Assembly (NCBI GenBank): GCA_013239625.1
Contig: MU053556.1
Location: 62,001-126,000, forward strand
DNA: 64,000 nucleotides
Reading direction: 5' to 3'
Origin: Lama guanicoe
Taxonomy: Eukaryota
Position 1 is the stretch's first letter, and each line of letters starts with the position of its first letter. Of the stretch, positions 48,415-61,900 are shown in pieces. The position numbers were made by a program, and so were the translations under genes. The notes under the pieces are model-generated. The model saw only the letters and a program-made list of their open reading frames with translations. It was not told where the DNA came from and searched no databases.

Positions 48415-51400
48415 GTGCTCTCCCTTTGTGGGTCCTTACGTAACTGCGTGGTGTTATTCAGGATCGCCCGTTCCACATTGTGCGACGCTACTGCGGTGTC
48501 TCCTAGTTACTTGTTTCTGTAAGTACTCGTGTATTTTCTCCAATGTGTGGTACTAGACATCTAAAAATGCTTTTTTTCAGATGAAAAACAATGTGTTTTT
48601 AATATAATAAGTCTGAAAAAAGGGGTAAGAGAGGCTATCCTGGTCCCACTACTCAGAGATAATAATTAACACTTTAACGTCTATTTTTGTCCTTTTCGTC
48701 AGTGTGTATCACCTCTGTCATAAAAACCAGCGAGCACTCTGTGCCTGTTTACTGTGTGGAGAACTCCATTTTCCATTCGGCTTTTGATATTTTTTCTGCA
48801 ATATTCTATCTCCCCTGGCATGATTTTTAATGACCAGTATAGAATTCTGTCTTGTGGAGGCATCGTCCATTTTACTTCAGACTAAAACTTTTAAATTCCA
48901 AGTATACTTTACTGAAATACTGAAAAGAGAACCGTGGTGGTACCGAAAGTCCCCTACCTCCCTTCCCCTTATTTCCTGAAGGTAAAAGCTGTTGACAATG
49001 TGTATATATTTCATGACCTTTATGCCTAGGACATATATATATATACACATACATACATATGTACATACATACACGTATATGAGAAATCTATATATATATG
49101 TGTGTATTTATATGCTTTATTGAAAATTAAGGCCATACTATATGTTTTCTACAGCTCACTTTATTCACTCAGGGGTATATCATAGACGTCCTCCCACTCC
49201 AGATTCACCCGGTCCTTTCAGATACAGTGGAAGGGGTCTCCTGATGTGCAGGTGTGGTCTCTTTTGGAAGGACAACTTTGGTGGGAGAGTGCTGTGGACA
49301 AGGCCCTGGACCATGCCGAAACACCGGCCCCCTCAGAGCCCACAGCTCGCCGTGATTTACTGCATAATTTTCTTGATGGTGGACGCTTAAGTTTTCTCCA
49401 TTTTCCACTGTCAGTAATGATGTTTGACTGGCATCCTTCTTGTACAAACATTCCTGTAATCTTGTATGAGTATTCCTTTAGTTAAGGCTTCCTGAAATTT
49501 AGTCCCTGGATGTGACATTTACATTCATCACAGGCTCCTTTCAAGAGACTCTAGAAATTCCTTCTCCAGTGGGGAATGAATAGATGTAGAATAACTTCTG
49601 TAACCAGTTCTATATCGCTGGATATGATTTCACTTCAGCTTTTCTTCCCAGCATTGTAAAAAGTGCTGTGTAAATGCCCTGATGAATACATCTTTTTGAA
49701 CTGATTTTTTTTCTAAACGAAACGATTCCTTGAAGCTGAGTTGAGTCTGTGTGTACACACGTTTTTCCAGTGTTTATATATCCATTGACATGTCGTCCTC
49801 CAAAATGTCGCTCAAAATTTGTTCTCTCACAGATGGATACTAGCTAGAATATCTTTTATAAATATTTGCCAATATGATGAGCAAAAGTGCTTTTTCATTG
49901 TTTTAACTTGCATTTGTTGACCAGTGAGGTATTCAGTATTTTTCACTCATTAGCCATCTGACTTTTTAAAAGTGAATGATCCCTTATGTCCGTTTCACAC
50001 AGTTAAGTGAGGGAGCTTCTTGTTGCTTTGTGACAGCTCTTTGTATGTCATGAACATTAACCCCTTGTCTTCATCAACATGTACCACTCAGCTTTTTCTT
50101 GTCATTTCTTGCCTTTCATTTTGTTCAGTAGGTTTATTTTTGTTGTGGCCCAACATATTCTTAAGATACTAAATGTCTTCCTTTTGGGTTTTAACTTTGG
50201 TATTATTCTTAGAAATACTTTCTTATAATGGTATCAATCTCTTCTGTAGGTTTTTTAATCTCTAAGATGGAGATGATAATGGTAATTGTTCCAGTGAGGA
50301 GAAGTTGAAGTAATATGAGCAAAGGGTTGTATTTGCTCTTATTAGTACTTTTTAATATTTACATCACTATCTGTAAGTTTTCTTGTGGTCATTATGACAG
50401 GAATAGAGTTTGTTCTTTGCAGGGGATTCTCTGATTGTCCCAGAACAATTATTGAATTCATACTTTGCTCTTTGATTTGAAATCCCCCTTGTACAAAATA
50501 CTTATGAACACTAGAGTCTCTTTTTGAGCTCATGGTATATTTCTGTAAATCTTTCTTTCTTATTCCAGCTCTATATCTTACATATTGTAAAAATTTATTT
50601 AATATCCAACAGTGCAATGTTTTTTCATTCTTTTCTTCCATCCCAAATTTTCTTGGCTAGTATTATGACTTTATTATTCCTGAAGAATTCTAAAATAATT
50701 TGCTCAAGTTAAAAAAAAACAAGTAAGAGTTTTCATGGGATTTTTTAGTAAGTTTTGAATTATCTTTAGGGGAACTTACATCTTTACAAAACTGCTTTCC
50801 TCCATGCAATATGTTGATGTCCATACATTCACCCCTGTTAATTTACCCCTCAGTACAGTCCTGTAGTTTTCTCCATGTAGAACATGGGCATTAATTTTGA
50901 GTTTATTCCAGATTATTGTTGAGGATTTTGTTAATTTTTTAAGTGAGAATTTTTTGGTATTACATTTTTTGACTGTTTAAACTGACACCTAGGAGGGGAG
51001 ATTCGGTTTGTAAATACTCACTTTGTAACTTGTCATTTAAAATTGTAATTATTAAGTACTTGTTCCAGAATGCTTTCTTTTCTGTTTTTAAAAGTTTGTT
51101 TCCAAGATTATCAAAATGGTCATAGCTAAGTAGTACACGTGGGGAGACAGATGGAGAGAGGTAGTGTGGTTCATGTACAAACTGTGAGCAGTTTCATGGC
51201 TGCCTTTAGGCTGGAGAAGCCACAGAAGAGTCCAGGAAAGACCAGGGATAGCTTTGTATGCACTTGAAAGCCAGCTTTCCTGCCTTTATGGAGAAGCCTG
51301 GTGCGCGTGGCAGGTAGATGATCAAGGTCCGTTGGAGGTCATTGGCTGGACACAGCACTGTGTCTGTGAGAAGTGGAGACCAGTGCCATGGGAAATGCTT

Positions 51401-51983
51401 GGTGGCAGGAACACTGCAGGGGAGCTGGGTAGCCTATGCGTTAAGGATTTTCCAGTCCTGGGAATTGGAAGTTCAGACTCTGCATTCAGATCTGAGTTTG
51501 AATTCATCCTCTCTTGTTTACTGGTCCTCAGACTTTTGCCAAGTTATATACCCTCTTTGAACTCCTGTTTTCTTGTCTCTCAAAATAGGAGAATTACGCC
51601 CTGCTGCTAGAGTGTTTGATCAGGGTAAATGATTTGTGTCTGTAACATGCCACGTACAGTCACAAGCTCAGTGAGAAATGGGCTGTCGCCTCTTCTTCTG
51701 CAACTCAGTGCTTGACAAGACATGGGAGAAAGCCAGTCCCTAATTTGTGTGTGATGCAAGAAGGAACAAAATTAATGTCTTGCCTATCCCAGCAGTATTC
51801 TTACTCCTTAGCTTCATTTACTTCTTTCCTCCTTTCCTTTCCCCTTTCCCCTCCTCCACCAAAAGAGCCTGAGACTCTCTGAGAACACTAGATTCAAATC
51901 ACTTTAAAGGTTGGCTCATCCTCATGAAATGATAGTAACATAAAAAAAATCTGTACACATCCCAGAATTCATTGTATTTGATT

Positions 51984-52025
51984 TACACACACACACGTGC
52001 ACACACACACACGCACACACACACA
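51984..52025. repeat. Interrupted (CA)n microsatellite
   Basis: acacacacacacacgtgcacacacacacacgcacacacacaca. Confidence 0.9.
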
Positions 52026-53406
52026 ATCAGGGTACCTCCCACTTGCTGAGGGAGGAGGACCACTTTTTCTGAGTTTTCATTCAGTGAGCGTGAGAATAAA
52101 GTCTCTTATGTAGACATTCACCCGGCTTCGTGCATGGTGTTTTCAATTGGATTTCTGCTTTGTGGCCATAGAAATATTCTCCTAATAGAACACAGTAAGT
52201 GGAGACATAGACATTTTGCTGAGATATTGGTGTCATCATATTTGAGTTGGAATGGGCTTGAGACAGCAGAGTCATAACTTTTTATGGGTGAGAATCCATT
52301 AAAGTGTAACTTGGACAAAGACCTGGGTCTTCTGCCATCGTGTCCAAGCAGATGAAGAGGCAAATGGTTGTGGGATGGCAGGGATCCTTCTTGCTTGGGT
52401 TCCAGGGTCTTGCTAGTTTTCATTGCTCAGCTGCCTTTAGTTTATATCCATGTGGCCTCTCATGGGAAGGTCACTCTGTCCTTATAGACTGAGTTTCTAA
52501 TCAGCAAAAAGCTCTGGATCCACTCATATTTCTCAGAGTTTTTCTGCTGACCTGCTGACACTTTATATAAATGAGACCTAAGAAACTACTGGATATAAAA
52601 TCCTTACTGTTATCACTTGCCCTCGATTTCCATAGGAATGGGGTGCTGTCTCAGGCTGTCTAAGGCTATATTTGAACAATGATAGGGTGTTAGGCTGTGC
52701 TACTGGACCCTCCACAGTCGAATGGGATTTCCACCTTAGTTTTTAGAATCAGGCAGACGCTTTCAAATCTTGCCTTTACCAGTTACTAGCTTTGTGACCT
52801 TGGGGAAGAAACTGCACTTATTTGTGTCCAATTTTCTTTATATGTAAATAGGTTCAGTATTTATTTTAATGTTTTTGTTATAGAATTGAATGAGCTAATT
52901 CCCTCATTTATACCTAAAATACTGATCGTGTGGTTCAATGGTGGTGCCTTGGTAGTTGATTACTAAGGAACTCGGCAGTGAGAATAGGGGTGGGGGACCC
53001 CTGGATCATAGAGCTTATATTCCAGGATATGCTTGTAAAAGACTGGATGTGCAGTGGATTTTTAGTAAATATCCATTCCCTTCCTAATCCGCATTGATTG
53101 TTTATAAATCTTTATATTAATATATGAGCAATTTTTATTGCAATTTAAATCTCTTTGTAGTATTTAATATATGTAGCTATAACAAAAATACGTGAAATAA
53201 AATGATTTGATTTTTTTCAATAAGCAAAACAAAAAAATAGAAAAGAAAAAATGTTTTGAAAGAGTAGAAATAATTTTATTTCCGTGGAATCAATTCCCAA
53301 GATAGGTTTTTTGGTTGTGTTGTCAAACAGCAAATAAAATTGATAGGTTGTGACATAATGGAAATGAGGAAACAGTGGAGACATACTACCTCCAATACAG
53401 TCATTT

Positions 53407-53946
53407 TGTTATCAAGTCCAATCTCGTTCTGCTTACTGCATGACAGGCCAATAAATCGGGAGATGAGCTGTTGGAGCAAGGAATAGTGACTTTATTTGAA
53501 AAGTTGGCAGACCCAGAAGATGGCATACTGTTATCCTGGGGAACCCTCTTCCCCAAGTCAGAATTCCGTCTCCTTTTATACTAAAAAGAGGTGGCGGTGT
53601 GGTTGGTTGTTGCAAACTTCTTGCTGTACGAATTGTTTGTCCTTGGAATCCTTTGTTCTTGCAGCTGTCCATGTGGATCAAATCATGGTGCCCCTGAAAA
53701 ACCTCCAAAAAAAACCCAAAGTTTATTCTCTGTTTTACAACTTGTCATCCCTATATAAGTGAAGAAGAGTTAACAGTCTTAAAGATCAGAGCCCGGAGAA
53801 TAGGCTCTCCTGGATATTTCAGGCTAAAGGCAACTTTCTTTTACAAAAGGTGCAGAGCTAGCAAGTCTGAGCCTAGAAACAGGGCACACGGTTAAAGCCC
53901 AAGGAACACTTCTAACATGGAGTCAAATTTTTTCTTTTCTATTACA
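53407..53946 (-). mobile_element. Solo LTR (ERV1-like)
   Basis: Minus strand TGTAATAGAAAAG...GATAACA; perfect TSD ATTT (53403-53406 and 53947-53950); homologous to 15409-15892. Confidence 0.88.
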
Positions 53947-55101
53947 ATTTCTTTTTCCACCTCATAAATAATTTTAGTAAGAAACATGAACAATTTTTTT
54001 ATTTTTGGTTCTTAATAACGGATAAGTGGGCCAACTACATTTTTGTGATCAGGGATGCTGTTCGGGCCTTGGGGTCACAGCAAACTCTTGTTGGGGGTGG
54101 TCAAACCTGCAACATGTCTGATGCCCCGTAAGTGTTGGTGAGGGTCCCCCTAACCAGGGGCTGCCTTCAGGAACCAGCATATGGGCATTGACCTCTGGAG
54201 ACCTCTTTTTCAGCTGCAGGAAATTTTTTCAGATACTGTGATTGAAAAATCATTCCAGCTGGGGATAATTAGGGAATAAAGGAAGAGGAAAAGGGCTTGG
54301 TGTAGAGTAGAAGAGAGGGACAGAAGATCAGAGAGCCTGGGGAATAGGCAGCTGGGCCTCGGGAAAGAGAGGAGCAGAGGTGGGGAGGGGCACGACCCTG
54401 GAACCAGCTCCTGCACCGTCCCCGCACCCAAGCCACACAGCTCTTAATTGGTCCAGGATGCTCTCCTGTCTGGATGTCACCCTGGGCAGAACCATGAGAA
54501 TCGAATGTAAGGGGTGGGCAGCACTCACATAGGGGTCACTGAGGACTTTGATCAAGTCCACAGTGCCTTTTCTGGTCATGTGTCTTCCCTTGCCCTTTAT
54601 CTTAGGATCTGAAAAGCAGGAGCAAGGAACTCATGGAGAGATCCAGGAAGACATCTGACTGTGTAAGATACGACAGTCACAGCGACACGGGGAATGAAGA
54701 CCCTTGCAGCAAAGTAAAATAACTTCACAACTATTGCATCAGAGCTGCAGGTGTGAGAGAGCCTAAGCCTGTCTCAGAGTGCAGGGGACAAAAGAAAAGG
54801 AATGATTAAATTACCACTGACAATTGAAATTTTATTAAATAGCCTGCTCCTGTTAATTGTATCAATTGATTATGTGTAGGTGTATTTCTGTGAGCATTTA
54901 TATGTTCAAACAACCCCACCAGCCCCTCTTGCCCACATCGGGGATGGGCTTTCTCAAGCAGAGTGCCCCACCTGCTTGGGTGGGCCACACTGCGGGTCCT
55001 CGCCTGGGGCCGGGCTGCTGCTGGGCATTGAGTCCCCGAGGCCCGGCCTGTGAGACACGGCCCCAAAGCTCTTGACTGAGGGCCTCCTTTTCCTCCTGCA
55101 G

Positions 55102-55225
55102 CGTAAGAATGCTGGTGACTCAGTTAGAAGCATGCTTCGAAGCTGTCCGTGTCCTTGCCATCCAGAAGCAGAGCCTGGAAGCTTCCAAATTTCTCCAGAA
55201 TGCGGTTTACTTTCACCTTCGACAG
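55102..55225 (+). pseudogene. TRAPPC9: TRAPPC9-like exon 7
   Basis: ctcctgcAG|RKNAG, frameshift, then [41 protein letters not shown] versus recalled [42 protein letters not shown]. Confidence 0.92.
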
Positions 55226-58103
55226 GTGAGTGTATGTCCACTTACAAGTGGAGGAATTACTGCAGTTTTTCTGAAACTTACTCACCACTAGTCCATCTGA
55301 TTTTCCTGTGCTAGGATTCAGTATGACATGCTAAAAATTCTGGAGTCAGATCTTGAATCCCTGATGAAGAGGATTATTTATTTTATTTCTTTATATGATA
55401 GTATTTTACTTTCAAAATTCAGAGTTTTCTGTTCTTTGAGGAATTTTTTCGGGGGTTGGAGAAACAACTTTGCTCTTACCATCTTTGGGACCTGTTTCTA
55501 TATGCCTCTCACATGTCTTGTCACTTGTGAGGCAGTTCCATTTGTGACCCTGTGCGGGTTGTTCATGTTATAAAATATAAAGCCTGTAAAAGTACAGTCC
55601 CTCTTACTTCGAAGATATTCCACAAATACTACTTAAATCTGGGTATGGTTTTAAGCATACAGAATCATTAGAACATGTACTTGCAGGTTGCTAGTGCAAA
55701 ATCCCCAAATCAATAGTCTAGCTCAACATCTAAAATCTTTCTAATCTTCCTTGGATTTGTGTACATAAGTGAAGCAGTTTGCCAAGAACTCAAGACCAGG
55801 TTTAGAAAACAGGCTGGTGTAGCTCAGCAGGTCCTCAGAAGCTGATGCTCTGCCAGAGGGCGGGGCCGAGGGGAGAGGGCGTGTCCTGCCCTCCCTGAGC
55901 TGACAGTTTCATGGTAAAGACCTTCACCAGGTGAAGAACTGGGAGTTTCTTCTAAGAAGAGTGGGTTTGAAAAGAGTCCTAAGAGCACGGGAGTGACACA
56001 ATCCCATTTGTCTCAAGTAGGGGAGAGCGGCTGTGGGGCCACTTGGGAGACTCGTGAGCCCAGGTGGGCAGTGTTGGTGGCTTCCCCTTGAGCTGTGGGA
56101 CGGTCAGTGGGTAAAAGTGAACAGAATGAAGGCATGTTTAGATGGTTAAAAGGAAAGGATGAATGCTGTCTGTGAAGGTAGGATGGAGTAAGGCCCAGGT
56201 TTCTGTGTGGATTAATGAGGTAAATGATTGTCATGCTGTGCTCTGAGGAGAGAAACTGCAGAGGGAGTTCTGGGGGGGAACTAAAGAGTTCAGCTCTGGG
56301 TAAAGTGAAAGGCTGTTCGATGTGTGATCTGGGAGCTCTGGTGAGAGCCAGTAGTGTGTAGGGGGAGAGGAGAGAGACTTTCAAATCATTTTGTCTTGTG
56401 AACATACAAATAAGTATGAGTAATGACAGACTTAACACCTCTATATTCTGGATTTAAAGCCCTGTAAACTTTTGCTATATTGACTGCAGAGGTTCTTAAT
56501 TTTTTTTTAATAGAAATAAAATAAATGGAAACTAAATAGTGTATTTAATGAACATCTAAGAGTTGATGTTTGTCCTTGTATGTATTTTGATACCTCATCT
56601 GTTTATAAACATAATCTACAAAAAGTTAGCTTGCTTAGCATAAGAGTTAAAAAGAGGGACGGGGCACACAATGTTGGGGGTTGAGGCTGATCTTCTTGGG
56701 CAAATTTTGTAGGCTTTCTGTGCCTTAGTTGCATCTTCTGTGACTGCCCCCGGCCCCCTCATCACAGCTGATTTCCTAGACTAGATGTTGGGAGGGAGGC
56801 TGCTGAAAGGAGTAAGAAGTGGCAACTGTTAGGGATACTGAAGAGAGAGACAAAAACAGATTAAGCCGATAAACTGAGTACAAATACCCTCAAAAGAGAA
56901 AGAATCCTGCAGTGTTTTGAGCCCCTTAGCATAAGGGAAACAAGATCAAGTGGACCCAAACTGTTAGAATGTGAGTATTGTGGGTGGGAGGGTGTCAGAA
57001 AATGGTTGAGAAAAGGCCTTTTGGTTTCCCTTGACGTTTCCAGTAAGGATGGGACGCAGAAGCGAAAGCCCCCCTGCTTCACAGCGGAAGCTGCTGTTTT
57101 GTGCGAAACTGACCAAAGTTTGGAAACCAGTCATCAGTGGTGCTGGCAAATGAAGAGACTTCTGGATTGGGTGGGGCACTTGCTGTGACTTCCAGGTGAC
57201 CTGCTGGCTGGGGGCTGTGAGGCGGACAGTAGGTTTGCAGGGTGGCCCGGGCATGATCCCTGGCTCTAAGGCTGCTGTTCTGATTAGCAGACCTTGGCAC
57301 CCACAGTCCTAATGGGGCAGCTCGTGATGTGGCCTGGGACACCTGCCATGCTGAGGGGGAGAAGAGGGCTCCCCTGAGTTGGTGTCCCTGCGGAGAGTGG
57401 AAACGTCCTCCTGCAGGGGAGGAAGATCCTCTGTACAGGTGGCCGAATGCATAGGCAAGACCAGCCTGAGCACGGAGGGTTTGGGGAGCTGGAAGTCATA
57501 CAGTGGCCCGAACAGCCTTGTTCCTGAGAGACTGGAGGGAAAAGATGCTGAAAAAGGCAGGCTAGTGTCTGACCCTGTGGTGGGTTATGAGTGACAGGAA
57601 AGGACTGGCCAGGCAGGCACAAGAGAACCCTGTGAGCGTCCCAACTGGGGCGTCTCGCTGGAGGGAGTAGCAGAGTTATAGACTTTTCAACTTATTAGCT
57701 GTGTGACTTTGAGCAATATCACCCCACTTCTCTCTCTATATATCTTGATGTGTAAAGTGACAGAGTGACCAGCTCGTGTCATCAGAAGGCTTAGTTTAGC
57801 TCTGATCCTCTGTGTCCAGTCCTGTCAGTGCTGCCCTGCAAGGTTCTGCAGCGGCTGCACTTACCCTGAGATGGGAGGGTGTAGAGGGACATTGTAGCAC
57901 ACGAGGACAGGAAGGGACTGCTTTAGAAGCAGACATGTAGCCTGCTGAAGCTGCAGACCTGCAGGCAGTTTGGTTGATGGTCGTGGAGAGGACTTTGGAG
58001 GCCTTAGCGTCGTCTTAAGACTTGTTTTCCCTTGGGGACCGGATTTGCCTTTGCAGAATAATATTGAAGATTTGGGCTTCTGGCAAAGCTGTTTTCAGAG
58101 ATG

Positions 58104-58958
58104 GGTATATACGTAACATATCGTATAAAACAAAATGATTTATTTAACTTGTGGGACTTTGCAGCTGTTGGGAACAGCTCTGTTGGCCTGGTCTCCACGG
58201 AGGACACTAGGGGTCAGCAGAGCGTGCGTTAGGGCAGGCAGCCCGCAGTGCTGCTGCGGGGGGTTCTCCCCAGTAGGGCGCTCTGCTGAGTTGACTCTTC
58301 TCTGAGTTTGGATGCCAGATGAGCAGACAGCAAAGTAATGAGTTCTGGTGGGATTGTATAATGACAGGTAGAAAGAGGAACCCGTAGTTTTTGGGACTAG
58401 AACAGGCTTCTGGTTCCTGAACCCGTGTGTTCCATGACAGAATTGATGAGTTTTGTCTATTCTGGGATTTGATTGAAATAAACGTTCAGCCTAAAAGTTA
58501 AGAGTTATGTTTTATTTGGCGGGAAGACTCGAGCCGGGATGACAGCCTCTCAGATCACTCTGAGGGACTACTCCCAAGGTGTATGGGAGGATCTAGGATA
58601 TATAGGAGCTTTACAACAAAGACCAGGTAGTTGGAACAATAAAACATTGCTTGTTATCTAAAGAAAGCCAGGTGTCTCAGGTTCAAGAATTTAGTGCTTT
58701 TCTATGTATGGGAGGAAGCAAACATTTTGGTCATTGAATTCCTTCCTTCGACAAGCACCTAGCTATCTAGGGCCAGTGTCCTGTCGTTTCTTATTCTGAG
58801 TCCGCTCAGAGGGCACCACTGTGAGTGGCTAAGAGGTTGGGCTGCAGGCATGTCCTCGCTGGAGGGTGGCAGCAGCCGCTGATGACTTGGTTTCAGCATT
58901 CTTTGTTTACTGACATGGTTGCAGTATTTTCATTCACATTGTAGTACTTTCATTCACA
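58104..58958 (+). repeat. Segmental duplication copy B (paralog of 5428-6279)
   Basis: ggtatatacgtaacatatcgtataaaac... is colinear with 5428 onward through the LTR end. Confidence 0.95.
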
Positions 58959-61900
58959 GTGCTCCCCCTTGGTCCTAAATTCGACCAATATTTTGAGAGA
59001 CATTTCATGACCAATTTTGTCCCACGGTGCTAGGATGGCTCATTCCTAGTTCAGGTGAAGAATCTTCTGAACTGCCATTCAAGGTGTTAGGTGTTTTTAT
59101 CAGGCCCTGTTCATACTAAAAGTTCTCTGGATCTCCTGTCTTACTAGTGTATTATGATCCAGGAAATGTTCACCCTTCGTTGGTCATTCCCATACCTAGA
59201 ATCACACTATAACAATTATTTTATGCAGGGCTATACATTTTATCTATTTCTTCAAGATGTTTAGCCATCATCAATCTTGTAGGCCTAGTTACACATAGGG
59301 AAATGTAACAGACAACAATTTTATAAAATAGACAGGATATAAGTAATACAGCTAGTAACGTTAATAAAGTCATGAGTAAGAATTTAATAGCCGAGAAGTT
59401 ATATTTTTGGGTTAAAATTTTTCTTGTGTTTCTAATTGAGTTTGAGTTACCTTATGAGAAATTTCATATTTATGGGCAGGGTCAGAGCAGGTATTATTTG
59501 GCCAGGTGAGGTCACCCACCTTGTAAGATCAACAGTGGCCTAAAGAGAACTATAATTTCCTTTTTAGAAGAACGTTTCTGAGGGCTATCTAGTTAGAGCC
59601 TTTGAGTAGGGAAACCCACCAAAGTAACACAGAAGTACTAGATATAGGAGGGTCAGCTGTTCAGATGTCGTCTTCTTCTCATCCTGGCCTGGTAGCTTTT
59701 ACTCCATTTGGGCATTATTTTAAGGTGAGCAGTGCTCTATAGGCCAGTGCACTGTAGGGTCTGTTTCTGATCTGAAATGAATCTGAAAGTCCGTTTCCTT
59801 CAGCCTTGGTTTGTATGGTCTAGTTAAGAGTACCTGATAAAGGGTCCTTCCATTCAGGATGGAGACAGTTCTTTAAGTCATGCCTGTTCCAGTATGTATA
59901 ATCCCCTGGCTGCAGGTCATGGGGCATTGGAACTTTACCCAAGGATAGATTACTGAGCTTCAGAAACAAACCTAGAGTATCCTTTTCATAATTCAATTAA
60001 ACTTTACAGCAGTGTGACATAACAGCAAGGAATGATCTGGGAAGTGCCTTAGTAAATATAGACCTCAATTAACAATACTAGAATTTAATATCCACTAAAA
60101 TATAATCTTTTTTCTCTCTAAAGTTACCCTCATTTTTCTCAAATATAGCCAAATGAAGATTAACTTGTTTACAAGTTAAGTCTGATTATTTGATCATATA
60201 GGCTTTTTTAAATTGGCTGTGTTGGAACTTTTAATAAGGAGTCTCAGGGTAGAATGTTAATAAGATTTCCTAAGGCCAAGAAAGCCACGTCAAGGGCTTG
60301 TCATGGGTTTCTGCCTTACAGATTTAGGTAAATCCTTTTCTCTTTAAAATCCTTAAAATACCTTGAGATTCCTATATCTGTTAGGAGATGATCTTCATCA
60401 TTTGTCTGATAGAGCCACTGGGGACCTAAGAGTTTTTAGTCTCTTGAGGGATCAGCTAGAGGGAAAAGATAACTGTTCCAAGTCGGATTACATAGTTATA
60501 ATTTATCAAATTGCTGTGAATCATAACTAGCTTAAGGAGAATAGTTTCTTTATGTCTGGGAAACAGGTTAAAAGCCAGGAGTATTTCAGACAAAATCAAA
60601 AATTATAACCATATTCGCCAGATTACTCAGTCCCATATAATTAATCCATTTAATCAGAGTTTTCATTAGACCTTTAAAATTTCATACCCAGTTTAGTTCA
60701 GTGTTATAGTTTGAAATTTATTAGAAATCAGTAAATTTCCTTGAAGAGAAAGCATTTTGCAAAACCATCAGAAGAAAACAATTAACAGTCTATAAATGAC
60801 AAAAGATTTAAAATCATGGTTAAACACAGTTACACTATAATCAATAAAGAAACCTGATCACTACAACCAGAATTATGACTGGTAACATTTCAGATATACC
60901 AGAATTTTAGGGAGTCCATATAATTTCTAGAATATCTATGTTAATAATATTTTCTCATACAATATTACCTAGGAAGATTTATTATTCAGTTGACAATACC
61001 ATGTTATGTAACATGCCAAATGAAACTTACTAGTTTAAAATCTCTCTTTGGGATGTTTCAGGGGCCCTCTGTAGCATCCCAAACTTAACTGGAGACTAAA
61101 AGAACTTTAATTGGAAATTGATATTTGGGTAGCTTGTTAAAAGATTTGAGAACACTTGGTCAGATAAACTTACAATTCACTGTAAAGAAGTACTTATTCA
61201 TTAACAAGAAAATACTTCAAAGGTAAAGGCAGAACAGATCAGTTAAGTGGTATAAGAAGTTTTACAATTTGTTACTGAAAGTGGATTAACATTTTAAGAA
61301 AATTTTGTCCTCTTAACAGTGAAAAAACCAAATCTAGTGTTGTACCAGCTTGCTTCTAAGATTCATTTACTTTGCCCAAGTTCATTGCAAACTTAGCCAA
61401 TTCCGACCACGTACAAAACTCTTTCCTCAGGGTTCCTCTTCCACAAGCCTTCCACAGTTTCTATACTCATATTAGTGTGTCCCTTATTTTCTCTTCCATT
61501 CAAAAGTAACCAGCTTCAGGAGAAAGTCACTATTTTTCCTTAACAAAATATAATTCCATTCTTATATCTTCCTTTACACATTTCTCTTACTTTCCTAGGA
61601 TTCTGAGATCATTCCCTTAATAATAGAGACTATTTCAGGGTGGCACCAACCATTTATTAATATTTCTAAACACCTTTAGTTCCTCTGTAAGAAGTTACAT
61701 GTTAAGTAATTCATATTTCAATCTTATTTTATCTGAAAATGGCATAGCTATTTAGTAAAATCCTATCAGTTAACTTAATTTAGCACATCTCTAGAATTTA
61801 AAGATACCAATCATTTAGAGATTATCTTAAGCATACATTTTAAAAATATATTTTAAAAATGAACCCAAGGCTCTCATCTCATTTGCATTTAATTTACTTA

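Larger units (their letters stand above)
22784..55225 (+). pseudogene. TRAPPC9: Unprocessed, 3'-truncated TRAPPC9 (NIBP)-like pseudogene
   Basis: Five exons in correct order separated by kb-scale introns; translations match the recalled TRAPPC9 N-terminus; several frameshifts, stops and lost acceptors. Confidence 0.92.

Noticed and set aside
22784..55225. Functional TRAPPC9 gene or processed retrocopy
   Set aside because: Stops, frameshifts and lost acceptors across several exons rule out function; introns rule out retroposition.
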